From Oikopleura dioica (taxonomy: Eukaryota; Animalia; Chordata), in assembly GCA_907165135.1 (NCBI GenBank), contig OU015568.1:11222001-11286000 (forward strand): 64,000 bases of DNA, given 5' to 3'. Positions 22,897 through 34,788 of the stretch are shown here, one piece after another. The notes below the pieces were generated by a model. The model searched no databases and had not been told where the DNA came from. It saw only the letters and a list, made by a program, of their open reading frames with translations. A program made the translations under genes and the position numbers. Position 1 is the first letter of the stretch. The number at the start of each line of letters is the position of its first letter.

Positions 22897-23541
22897 TCAG
22901 ATTTCTTCAGAAACAGTAATAGCAACTTTGCAGCCCAATTTAATCGCGCTGGTTAAAAGTTTATACGCAGGTGCTTGCTCTGCGCCTTCGTCGAGGCCGA
23001 TATCGTGGTGTTCTTGCTCCTCGTCGCGAAACTTCGAAAGAAGCTTGATCATTTCTGCGTGTTGTTGAGGATCGCGTTTGAGCAATTCTCGAATCTGGTC
23101 GTTGTAGTGGCCGATTATCGTGTCTTCTACGGCTACGGTGCATGCCATGGCGGCTTCTTTCCCCATCATGGCTGTTCCAGCGCCAACAGCGTATCCTTCA
23201 AATGATAAAATGGTAATTGAAAATATATTTATCTTACCTAAAACGTCCCAAAGAGGCAACAAAACAGTAGGAGCCGTTCGATGAGTCACCAAAAGCTTCT
23301 CAAAAGCCGCAAGGTGCTCCTTCTCTTGGTCCCACATTTCCTTGATTTTAGGCCCAGCATCCGTGTTTTTTAAAACATCGTATTGGCCGTTGTAAATAAC
23401 GTCGGCACCTCTTTCACCAGCGTGATCAACGCGGATGATCTTTTTGTAGAGCTCACGAGTTTCAGGATCTAAGTCGCGGTAAGCGGGCTTTGTCGGAATT
23501 GCCACGGCGCGGACGGAACGGGAACACACTGTTCTGAGCAT
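22897..23541 (-). CDS. COQ7: 5-demethoxyubiquinone hydroxylase (CLK-1)
   Basis: IRVDHAGERGADVIYNGQ, WDQEKEH, AMACTVAVE..IGHYNDQ, FRDEEQEHHD; 42-nt intron 23196-23237. Confidence 0.96.
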   Translation of the reverse strand: MLRTVCSRSVRAVAIPTKPAYRDLDPETRELYKKIIRVDHAGERGADVIYNGQYDVLKNTDAGPKIKEMWDQEKEHLAAFEKLLVTHRTAPTVLLPLWDVLGKINIFSITILSFEGYAVGAGTAMMGKEAAMACTVAVEDTIIGHYNDQIRELLKRDPQQHAEMIKLLSKFRDEEQEHHDIGLDEGAEQAPAYKLLTSAIKLGCKVAITVSEEI

Positions 23542-23568
23542 TCTGAAATAAATCGTCATTTATTTGAG

Positions 23569-25154
23569 TCAATTGAAGGCAGGCTTTATTAGTTGAACGA
23601 CAGCAGGGCCCATTTTTTACAGATCGTTGCGTATACATAATTTTATATCATCAAGTACGATTCCCGCCTTGTCTCTCAATGACTCGTCGATCTCCGTCTT
23701 GTGATTGGCCAGGGTGCGCGCGAGTTCTTCATCCCTCAGCGCTAGAAGACTCAAGAAGAGGAAAAGCAGGATTGTAGCTTCTGTGCCCGGTCGAATAGCT
23801 ACAAGTTCACCGGAGAGCTTCATTTTATTCATGAGAAACTTCATTTCTTTTTTGATTTTTTCAAATATCATTTGGTTGATGAGGAGTTTCTCCGAATGGA
23901 AGGCGCTTTTGAACTTTTGAATAAGTACTTTCAACAGGAAATAGAAATTTTTTATTAGAAATGAAGATCTTCTTGCTTATTTCAATGCTAAATGCTTTTA
24001 TATCTAGCTATTATCCTCTCCTAAAATCTGCTCTTGCTTTACATCGACATTCGGCTTTATCGCTGCCGCCCCGGCGACTTTCTCCGACTCCAATATTCTC
24101 GGATTCAGGTATTCATGAATTCTGAGCCGGTTTATTTCATCCGAGAGCTCCGCAAAGGAGGGAATCTGTTTCTTTTCCTTGATAATTTCTTTCCGGTTTG
24201 ACTTTGGAACAAACTTTTTCATTTCTTCTGGAAGTTCCTCGTCGTCAGAGTCAAGCTCTTCTTCGGCGGATCCACTTCCTACAAAAGTTTGAGTCTGTTT
24301 TTTGTAGAAAAAATAACCTAGATAAGTCGACAACTCAAAAGTTCTGACAGATTTGAGCCATTTGCTTATGAACTTCAAATAGATGCTTCTCAAATCTACA
24401 TTTTCCTCTGTTCCCGCTTTCTTTTCTTCGATTTTGACAGGCTGTTTCTCCGGCACTCCGGATATGATTTGCAAATCTTCCATAACATTCGCTAATAAAT
24501 CGTCAGTGTTTTGCGGCCCTCCAGTATCGCTGCCAAAGACATGCTCTGCGCACTCGATATTTTCGAAGACTATTTCAGTTCCAGGAAGCCCAATGTCGTC
24601 CCAGAGCAGCTCAATTTCGTTCTTCCCGTTCGCTTTCTTCTCGTCGCGGAGCCAGAGAGGAGATTCGTCGAGCTGGAACGCGACGAAAGTAGAGCGGCGG
24701 TAACAAACATCAGAACAATACTTGTTCCGCTCGTCCACTTCGAAGACTTTGTTGAAGCTGCATGAGATGCGGTATTTGCCGGAATGAGCGTTCACTCTTT
24801 CTCCGCTAGAATATTCTATCATCTTCAGTTTTCAAAGTCTCAATAATTTCCTAAGAAAACTAACCACAAAGCATAACCGCATACATTATTGCCACTTCTC
24901 TCTTCGACAATGTCTTGATAAAAAGTCGGATCAATCCACCTTAAATCATCTAGAAACTCCTCCACTTCAAACTTGTCCTCTGAATATTTCTCCACCAAAT
25001 TCATCGTCTTTCTGTACGCTTCCTTATGTTTCAGAAGCTCTTGACGGAATTTCTCCCTTTGAGCGGCGATTTTCTTGAGCTCTTCGGGAGTTTTCTTTGG
25101 TTTTTCGACTTTCTTCGTTGTTTTAGAAGAGTTTTTCGCCATTTTCGACGTCAT
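23569..25154 (-). CDS. RPAP2: RNA polymerase II CTD phosphatase RPAP2/Rtr1, multi-exon
   Basis: YQDIVEERS.NNVCGYALC, KYRISCSFNKVFEVDERNKYCSDVCYRRS, QLDESPLWLR (Rtr1 zinc finger). Confidence 0.9.
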
Positions 25155-25477
25155 TTTTCAATCTAAGAAGTACCTTCTATCAGATTTTTAGAGCAATTTA
25201 TGGCTGAGAAAAAATTAAAGTTTGATATTCTTTGAAAATAGGGGCAATTAGGCAAATCAGCTGTTGATATCTTTCGGTTATTGCTAATCTGATCGATGCG
25301 ATAAGAGGCATTCTGGCCATAATGAGTCCTCGAAGGCCTATCTCCGGGATCATCACGTGGCCTGGCCATCTGCTCCAAGAACATCTTGACCGTTCTTGAA
25401 GTTATAAAACGCAAATCCAATCGAACTTGAAACGTCATTCAGCTTTTGGAACAAAAAAAGTCAAAAAAAAACTTGAA

Positions 25478-26349
25478 ATGTTGAAAAAACTTAAAAACTC
25501 GTTGAAATTGGGACACAAGGAATACGACCTCGAGAAGCGAGAAAAAGAAGTTTTCAAAAGCTCATCCCAAGAAAATGAAGTGAATCGAACATTCGAGCGA
25601 TTTACAGTGACGAATTTCTCGGTGAAATACAGAACAAGTGTGCCGGCGGTGAGCGGAATGAGAAAATTCAGAGCTTCGCAGAAATTGAAGAGACAAGCGA
25701 TCAGGAAAAAGGCAATTTACTGTACTCAAGAATCTGTTACCGCACTGTAATAAGCTGAAGTAAAACTTGAAAATAAAATTCTAGATCAAGTGGAAATCAT
25801 TCTAGATGCCCCAATTTACTAGCATGGCTTTATCGTAAATTATCAAAAAATAACCCCCTATTTGAAATTTGAAAATGGGACTCGGACAATCAACCCCTCA
25901 AAGCCAAATTGATGATTACGAGAGAATGAAAATGTACAAAAACGTAAGTACGAAAAAGAGAAACAGGAAGTAAAGTCTATTTTTCGCAAAGAAAGATGAG
26001 GAGGAAAGAATTGTTAAATAAAATCTCTGTAATCGAAGAGAGAGAACTCGAGAACGAGAAAATCATTCAAAGATTGAACAGAATTGTAAGCTTGTATTTC
26101 TGGAAGATTTTCAAGAAACGGTTACTTTCTCGAATCTTTTATTTCGGCCCCAAATCGAGATTCGAGATTTCTCAAAAACGCATTTTTCAAAACTTTGAAT
26201 TCTTTCATCACTATTGACCAAAAATGGCAGCTTCGCTCAAACGAAAAGGGGATGATTTCGAGCTCCCAGAAGCGAAAAAGAGATTGGACGAAAATTTAAA
26301 CAAAGAGATTTCCGAACTGACAGTAAGACGGCTTTCACTTCTCAAATAA
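25478..26349 (+). CDS. Possible uncharacterised basic/coiled-coil protein (exon structure uncertain)
   Basis: Several K/E-rich open segments (25478-25747, 25996-26086, 26224-26349) with candidate GT..AG introns; no recognisable domain. Confidence 0.3.
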
Positions 26350-26948
26350 TAAAAAAATCATGCCAAAAAAAATCCAAGAAATCAAATATTATTTCATCTT
26401 CGCGTAATTTTCATCTCTTGAACATAAAAAATAACCGCAATTTAAAACGTAAAATTAAAATGAAAGGCACATCATTTCGGATAAATAGGCCAGAGGTAAA
26501 GATCGAGAAAAAATCGCGTCATTTTTTTCGAAAATTCTCGACCAGAATAGAAAAGGCGCGTGGGCGGGGAAGGAAGAAATCGCCAATAATGCGCGTCGAT
26601 TCTTGTAGAAGGGATGCTCCGAGGAGCATTTTCATCAATAGAGAATTTCGGACAAATCAGTTGAGATAATTTCAATTAAGAGTCTCTTGGTTTGAGGATG
26701 AGTTATCAATTTTCTGTTGTATAAATCAATTAATAATTTTATTCCATTTTAATTTCTGCATCTGAAAATGAGACATTGAAATTCAAATATTTGCGAGTAT
26801 TCGAGCATCGAGCTGTAGATTCGAGGCAGTGGCCATTTCAACATTTTCCAGTTGTTTCTATTCAAACACGCGAGCGCCCCTATTCTCATTTTATAACTTT
26901 CGGACGAGCTTGACTCTCACTCCTTCTTTTCAGATTTTAGAGAAAGAC

Positions 26949-27703
26949 ATGTCCGCCGGAGAAGCCAAGATCGGAAAGCCCGCCCCTGCCTTCAAGACCA
27001 ATGCTTTGGTCAACGGCGAATTCAAGGAAGTCTCTCTCAGGTAAGCACAAATTCAAAACCAATATTTTGCTGCCACGCCTTCTTGGACCTCGCTGACCTT
27101 TGTTAAAATGAACCTAGCGACTACAAGGGCAAGTACGTCGTCCTCTTCTTCTACCCCCTTGACTTCACTTTCGTCTGCCCAACCGAAATCATCGCCTTTT
27201 CCGAAGCTGCTGCTGCTTTTGAGAAGAACAACTGCGCCGTCATCGCCGCCTCCACCGGTTAGCCAAGTTCTCTGCGCCTTTTTTCATTCATTATTTTTTA
27301 GATTCTGTCTTCTCTCACTTGGCCTGGACCGAGCGATCGCGAAAGCAGGGCGGTCTTGGCGAGATGAAGATCCCCATCCTTGCCGACACCACTCACGCCG
27401 TCGCCAAGGCTTACGGCTGCCTCAAGGAAGACGAAGGCATTGCTTTCCGAGGCCTTTACATCATCGACGCTAAAGGTAATGCTTGATCCTCCTTACGCCC
27501 TCAACATTTGCCTAGGCATCCTTCGACAGATCACCATCAACGACCTTCCAGTCGGCCGATCCGTCGACGAGACCCTCCGACTCGTCCAGGCCTTCCAGTT
27601 CACCGATGAGCACGGCGAAGTCTGCCCCGCCGGCTGGAAGCCAGGCAGCTCCACGATGAAGCCCGACCCCAAGGGATCTCTTGATTACTTCAACAAAGAG
27701 TAA
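26949..27703 (+). CDS. PRDX1: Typical 2-Cys peroxiredoxin (Prx1/2 class), 4 exons
   Basis: [41 protein letters not shown]-terminal YF; strong codon bias. Confidence 0.95.
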
Positions 27704-28050
27704 ATCCTGCTGAAGTTCAATTCTAGCGCAAATTCATGCTCAATTACAAAATTACGTTCCCCCTTTCAAATTTCCGAGTTACGGAAATGCTTAAAATTAT
27801 TATTAACACTGTCAAATCTTCTTACAAGATTAAAATTTGATCCTATGAATATCCGCAATTGAATAAATTTAGTTGCTGAATTATTATGTTGTCATATTGG
27901 TGTCAGACAAGAACAAGGCAAGATCAATTATTCTCAGGCTCTTTATCCAGTCTTTTGTGTTAAATAATGGTCCTCTACAACCAAGGACCTCTTACCTCCT
28001 CTTCTGACGCTTACCACACTATTGTCAAGCAGTCAATTTTCGTCAGGGGC

Positions 28051-30422
28051 TCAGAAAGTACTCCGTTGTTTCTGAATGAAGACACAAGAACTCTTCTAGT
28101 AGGGATTTATTAAAAAGTTAGACTTTGGGTCCTTTTGGTCCAGGTTCGTTGTAAAGAACTCGGCCGCTTCCGTTTCGAACGCAGCGAGTGATTGCAAGGA
28201 CAAGGCACAGAATAACGATAACAGAAATGATAGCAACAAGGATCCAGACCCATGCAGGAATCTTGATGTTGCCCATCGATGCGATAGAAACTTCGGGCTC
28301 GTCATCGTTTTGAGCTCCGTCGGCTTTTCGTGCGTCGGACACTTCGCCGTGATTCTTAAAATCATTAGCATTTTGAAACTCTCCAAAATTACCTGGACAA
28401 TTGGTTTTTGGGTGTTTGCTGGAAGGTGCTTTTTCTCGGGCTTGAAAGGTTATATAAATGTGCTTATAATAAAAGTATGGGTATTTACCTGAGATGGAGA
28501 AGTAGGAACATGGACTGGCTTTGGTTCGCTTGTTGGCATTGGAGATTTACGGTCTTCAGACTCAAACTCATCCTCAATTTCTTCAGCTTCCTCTTCACGG
28601 ATCTCTTCTTCGACCAGCTCGACGGCTTCTTCCGAGCTCAAATTGCCCTCGTCAATCTCGGGATCGTCCGATTGAGAATCCCGGTCGAATTCTTCATTTG
28701 TGTTCATGTAAGTCGTATCGTACTCGTCGCGGGGGAACTCTTCAGCTTCATCCAACACGTCAGGGGAAGCTTCAGTTTTGATTGGATTATCGTCAGCGAT
28801 GGGCTCGTGCGGGTTGAGGATATTGTTGATCTCGACCTTGCTCCATTCGTTGTTTTCAGCGGCTTCCTTGATAGCTTCTTCCGAATCGAAAGGACTAGGA
28901 TTACGTTAGTGCTAGTTATAGCTCGCAAAAAAAATAATTTTATAGTTTATGGTTAATTAAATAAGATAGCTTATTTACAATTTTTAAATAGAAAATTATA
29001 CATAATTCCAGATAAATAATAGTAAAACTTTTCAGAGTTGATCGCAGCGACGATTCCATTTGGTTTTGCACCCAAGTCCTCATCATCATTTTCCTCGGCC
29101 CCATCGCTAAAGAAGTATTAAGAAGTTGACTTAGGAGGATTATATTGTCAGTAATTCACGACAAGATTAATGTTTTACGTACCCAGAGAAAGACTCAAAA
29201 GTAGAATTGGCGATCATGCTTGACACGTCAGCATTGTCAGTTCGGCTAAAGAAAAACCATTACCGACAAGACTCTCCCGTTAGCAGATGAATTCACAAGC
29301 AAAAGATTTTGATTTTGAGAGGTTCATGATACAAGTACCTTGGGAATTCATCCTCTTCTTCAACTTCATCACAGATTTGTCCGCCACCCTCGAGCATTCT
29401 GCAGTTTGCTCCGTCGTTGCTGCTACTGTCACCATCTTCAGCTAGAGATCAAGTTATTTGGCAGTTCATAAACGAGAGTTATACAATCATCTCCAGTTTT
29501 CGAGCCTGACATGCTCGCTGGGTCAACAGTTGTGGTCTCCGCAACTGTTGTAGTAGTGGTTGACGTAGTAGTTGTAGTCGTTGTTGTTTCAGGAAGAGTT
29601 GTGGTAATAAGGACTGTAGTTGGGGGCGCTGGTGGGGATGGAGGGGAGGAAGGGTGCTTGACGCATCACCACGTCCATTGGGGTAGACAAAATGGGAGAT
29701 ACTTGGGTGCGCTTCGCAGGCTTCCAACCACTGTCGGCAGCCATTGCAGGTGTTCTCGATGTTATTCTAAATTTAATAATTTTAAAATGATCAATGTGGA
29801 ATTTGCACCTCAAATTGCCTCATACAATCAGCTGGGATGCCCTCACAAATATGTTTTGGCTTCATCTTTGGCTTATCAGGAAGAGTACAATCAGGCTGCT
29901 CAGTCTCGGGGTTGATCGGGCATTTACCCTTGCACTGCATCACGACGTCGTGTTCTTCAGTGCACATGCAGGGAAGTTCTTCAGCACCATTGTACTTGCA
30001 TTCCATCAAACCGCTTTCTTCGCCGTTGCAGACAAAGTCAGAGTAGTGAATCTTTCGACCTGTCTCGATCATCAAGTTTCCGATGTTTCCCTTGGAGATC
30101 TTGAAATAATTCGAAACCCATCCAGCTGACCGGAAACCCAAGCTCCTGCACGCAACCTCCGCCGCTTTTCTGTCGAAGCCACTTTCACAAATGGTTCCCC
30201 ATCTTCCACCGCTTACCATCTTATTATCAAGTTTTAACATGAATTCATGTATTTTTCTACCTCAAGACGACCATACTTTGAGTTACGGAATTTCTCTTGA
30301 CCTGGGTCGTTCGCATTCAATCTTATGCTCCCTACAATTTTTTAATATCTGTTTTTGTCTCATCTGATACCTTCAGGATCTGCATTTGCAAGGGCCAAAA
30401 GCCCGATACTGGCGAGCTTCAT
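28051..30422 (-). CDS. Type I membrane protein: signal peptide, SRCR domain, Thr/Pro mucin-like and acidic stalk, TM
   Basis: MKLASIGLLALANA; GRLE..GRWGTICESGFDRKAAEVACRSLGF..CNGEESGLMEC..CTEEHDVVMQC; TTTTT runs; TM WVWILVAIISVIVILCLVLAI. Confidence 0.85.
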
Positions 30423-30919
30423 CCTCGACCAATTTCTCTCTCCTTCTCAACGAACAAGGCCAACAAGCTTGGGTAGAAGAAAATTATCTTCTTTGGCAAG
30501 AGAATCCGCGCAAAGCCCTCTCTAATCCATTTTCGACGAGACGACCTTGCCACCCAACTCTCTGTCAAATTCCTGTTTTTCTTGATGTTACAATTATCCT
30601 TGATAAAATCTTCATCAAAATTAAATCCTCTTGAAATAAAAGAGTCTTGTCTTTTTCAATTGAATTAATGCTCCCTGCTGGGTAAACCTACTTCTGTGAT
30701 TTTATCGAGCTTGAAAAAATTCTCTCGCTGAACGCTTTATTCTTGAAAGAACTCTGTTTGCTGCTGCTTTTGGATTTGAAGAATTTATTGCATTGGGGAT
30801 GTTCAGATTAATCAAGGATCTACACCTCTTCAATTGGATTTATAATCCAAATTTATTGATCAAGGACATAGAAAAGATAAAAGATTTCAATGGCGAGTGT
30901 TGATGTGACAGACACATGT

Positions 30920-33218
30920 TTACAGAGCAAGGTTTTCTGTCGAAGTATTGAGCGAAACATACTCACGGATTATTTCCGGGATTTCTGTATTTTTCTCGAA
31001 CGCTTGAATTTCTTCGCAGGATTTCAAAATAGCTGATAAGAGTTTTTGTTGATGATTCTAAAAGTTGATGAAAAAAGAGAAACTCTTTCTTGTTTGCATC
31101 GAAATTGCAGATTTCCTCGATTTCCAAACCACAATTTAACATAAGTCATCCCCTTGTTACCAGGATAAACGTTGGCGAAAATCTGAATTTAGCAGGATAA
31201 ACCCCTAGCAAACTTGCCCCCACGTTAGCAGGATAAACTTTGGCAAAAGGGCTCATTGTTAGCAGGGTAAACTTTGGCACTCAATTAACAGGGTAGCGTG
31301 AATCATCCGCGCTCGCCCGGAGCGTTACGTAACTGTTAGCCCGAGGAGGACCCAACCTGTTGGAAGAAAATGCGAAAAATGAAGAATATGAGAAAATGAA
31401 AATTTTCACTTAAAATTTCCATGAATTGCAAGTAAACAATTTTATCATTATTATTTAATCTCTTTCTAATATCATAAAAACTGCTAAATAACTCTTCCTA
31501 ATGAATAAATAACCGCTTCTATTAGTTAGTAAAAATTTTGGTCTTTAAGACCAAAAGAGAAAGACGGTATTTTTACGATTCTTTTCAAAAGAAAAAGCTG
31601 CTTTATGTATAGTGTTGAAAGAATTCACTGCAAAAAATTATCTTTTTTAATATTCATAATAAATATACTGTATTTTGAAATATCAAAGAAGGCAGATTCT
31701 ATCAAATATTTATCCAAACATAAATTTGTAAAAATATCGTCTTTCTCTTTCGGTCTTAGTAGCGGTTATTTATTCGTTAGAAAAAGTTATTTAGCAGTTT
31801 TATGATATTTGAAAGAGATTAAATAATAATGATAAAATTGTTTACTTGCAATTCATGGAAATTTTAAGTGAAAATTTTCATTTTCTCATATTCTTCATTT
31901 TTCGCATTTTCTTCAAACAGGTTGGGTCCTCCTCGGGCTAACAGTTACGTAACGCTCCGGGCGAGCGCGGATGATTCACGCTACCCTGTTAATTGAGTGC
32001 CAAAGTTTACCCTGCTAACAATGAGCCCTTTTGCCAAAGTTTATCCTGCTAACGTGGGGGCAAGTTTGCCAGGGGGTTATCCTGCTAAATTCAGATTTTC
32101 GCCAACGTTTATCCTGGTAACAAGGGGATGACCTATGTTAATTAATTTAGCAACTGAGACGCCAACTTCAGTTTTCCATATTTTCGTTTCCTCGGAGAAT
32201 CTTAGAAAGTCGAGGACCTCTTGGCAATCTACATTCTCTGAGATATTCAGGGGTAGTTTGAGAAAAAGCTCCAGGATTCTAAGGTATTTTGCAGCAAGAT
32301 TTTCCATTGTTTGAGACTCTTTTTGAAGCAAGTAATTGATGATTGAAAATAATCCTATCATGGATTTATTCGAAGTAATGCTTTAAAATAAACCCGAAAT
32401 AAAGCCAATTCCTGTGAGCGCATTTTGTTCAGAAGTCGAAAAATAGATCTCCATCTTGTCAATCTTGAATCTGTTGCGGCTTTGAAAGTAAGCACTTTCT
32501 TTGACCATCAGCTCAATATCTTCAAATCTGAGTGGCATCGATGAGCCACCTCCAAGAGGACATGTTCGAATAGCTGATGAGTAGTTTTCGATGCGGAAGT
32601 TCGTATTTATTATTCGAATAGGTTGTTTCTTCAGAATAATTAAAGTTCCATTTTCGGCTAGATTCTTGTTTCCTTCTATCGATAGTTTTTTTGGAATCGT
32701 GCGGACTTCTGAAAAGGTACCGAATACGTCAAAGAAGAGCTTGGCTAGCTCTGGGTCAGCAGATTGAACTACCATCTTGAACCAGTCAGATAAGTTTTCA
32801 ACGAAGGAAGCGTGAAGAGACTTGTTGTTCTGGCTTGAGTAGATCAGATAATCAAAAATTTTCGGTTCCCTACGATAATTAATTTAAGAACTAAAAAAAA
32901 TCATGCTCAGACTACTGACCTGTATTCAATCGAACATTTGATGATACTTTCCCAGTCAATAGTTTTATGGTACGAGGTCAAAAGGCCAAAGCAGCTGGCA
33001 TTCACTTTGAACATCCAAGGAGCCCCTCCTTTTATACACCTCAAAAGCTCATTTGTCGGATTCCATTTCTCTTCGATTTTTCCAGTTATATTTTTGTTCT
33101 TTCTCTCTTGTGCAGCGACGAAACCAACAACAATAAAAGTCGCAATCCATGATTGAAAGTAGATCGAAATAAATGCAATTATTGCGGGAGGTAAAAATCT
33201 GTAAACTTTATCTTGCAT
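30920..33218 (-). pseudogene. Divergent TLDc-like domain gene with N-terminal TM, interrupted in an exon by a transposon (possibly a null allele)
   Basis: LIYSSQNNKSLHASFVENL..VVQSAD..DVFGTFS..LGGG..RFKIDKMEIY follows the TLDc motif order; the frame VAKLIKLWFGNR is restored if 31140-32137 plus one TTAA is removed. Confidence 0.5.
31140..32137. mobile_element. 998-bp foldback/MITE with TTAA target duplication (piggyBac-like)
   Basis: TTAA at 31136-31139 and 32138-32141; near-perfect inverted arms of about 430 bp beginning CATA(A/G)GTCATCCCC; tandem AGCAGGATAAAC motifs in the arms; AT-rich spacer; no ORF. Confidence 0.92.
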
Positions 33219-33277
33219 TTTAATTCTTTTAACTGAGGCTTTCCTTTGTCTTCTGAAGCGTTAAAAAGCGAGTTGAA

Positions 33278-33961
33278 TTATGTTTGCCAGATCGGCGCAT
33301 AGTCATCGCCCCTGCGGATCTGCTCGGGAGCCGTCGGATGCCCTCGGGAGAGAATCAAAACAACGAAAGGAGCTTCAATATTTTCAAGCGCCTGAAGAAT
33401 TTAATTTTGAGCAGTAATTTTATTCAGAGAAGCATGCATAGTTGGAAGACCAGACCAAAGCTCGATGTAGGGTTCAGAAACTTCGAAACCAGGTAAAGGA
33501 GAATTCTTGAGCGCGAAGCAGAGCGATGTTATTGCCTGACAACCTTCTGGTCCGATTCCGTGAAAGACTGAATTGCTTCCTTATAATAAGTCTCGAATGC
33601 GTAACAAACCTCTGAAAGGATCCTTGGAATTCTTATTTTCACTATCCTTTCTTTGTCTGCCAGTCTGGTTGTTTTCTGCTTTCGACAGGTTTTGTAAGTT
33701 TTCCAAAATACTTTTCAGCTCATCAGGGTGCAAAATGTACCGATCACATTTTCTACGAGGCGCGTTTGGCGGTAAATCCATTCTTCAAAAATATATTTGC
33801 AATCATTTTTTTGAACTGTATTCTTTTTATTTCGAGGTAGGGTCAAAGCGATTAATATAAGAATCGAGAAGTGATGGATTATCAAGAACTCTTGTTGCTC
33901 TGTCTGGATGATGATGACAGAGCACGCCAATTTTTAAGATATCTCTGTCTTCAAGTAGCAT
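33278..33961 (-). CDS. Uncharacterised protein, multi-exon (probably includes GA-AG introns)
   Basis: MLLEDRDILKIGVLCHHHPDRA..., MDLPPNAPRRKCDRYILHP..., AITSLCFALKNSPLPGFEVSEPYIELW, ALENIEAPFVVL...IWQT*. Confidence 0.45.
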
Positions 33962-34077
33962 CGCTTTATGCTTATTTCTAATATAATTTCGATATTGGAC
34001 AACGAGTTGTTTTATTGAAAAGTTATATTTTCTTCTTGTCTTTTACGGGGTATTCAGAAGCTCAGAAAAACTTCAAT

Positions 34078-34674
34078 TTAGTAAGTTTGTGTACCCTTCT
34101 TGATCTCTATAAGAATTTTTGTGAGTTCTTCTTCAAACGGAACTGCAGGTGTTGCATCTAAGGGTTCTAGTCTCACTGTCTCTTCTTTAGCTTTATCCTT
34201 CACATAGCCGATAAATCGGAACAAGCCAAAAACCAGCAGACAGGGAATAATCACATATCCACCGACATTATAGCCAAATTTATGCTCCCCGTCTTTTCTT
34301 CTCTCGTAAGCAGTATGTTGATCTTTTTGGTACGCTTTTTCGTATTTTGAATCGGGATTGTACTTTCGCTGCTGAAAGTTGCCAGGTTCGCGGACTATTT
34401 CTGCTTTTGCTGGATTTTCCAAAATCTCTGCGGCCTTTTTTAAATCCCTGAATTTCCCCGCACTTCCAGTTTGTTGATTGTCCGGGTGGTATTTTTTCGC
34501 CTTTTCAAGGTATGCCTTCTTGATTTCTTTCTGCGAGCTCTGCTTTGGAATGCCTAAGAGACGCTCTGCCTAAATTTCCTGACGCTACAAATTTGAAAGA
34601 ATGACGCTTACTTCTGGAACTGAAAGTTGCCTGCGAGAAAGCACGGTTGCGGAAGGAACTTTTACGAAACGCAT
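34078..34674 (-). CDS. J-domain (DnaJ class C) protein with TM segment, probably mitochondrial
   Basis: MRFVKVPSATVLSRRQLSVPE|AERLLGIPKQSSQKEIKKAYLEKAKKYHPDNQ; TM VGGYVIIPCLLVFGLF. Confidence 0.8.
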
Positions 34675-34788
34675 ATCGAGCCGATTTCGTTCAATCTCAA
34701 TAATACTTGATTTTTTTTATTTTATCCGAATTCGTTTTTTTACAGAAATGGAATCAAAAGGAACTGTGATGAGATAGAATACAAGTTT

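Noticed and set aside
32383-33218. Cytochrome P450 interpretation (N-terminal TM, RTCPLG)
   Set aside because: No ExxR, PERF or FxxGxRxCxG motifs in the right context; TLDc fits better.
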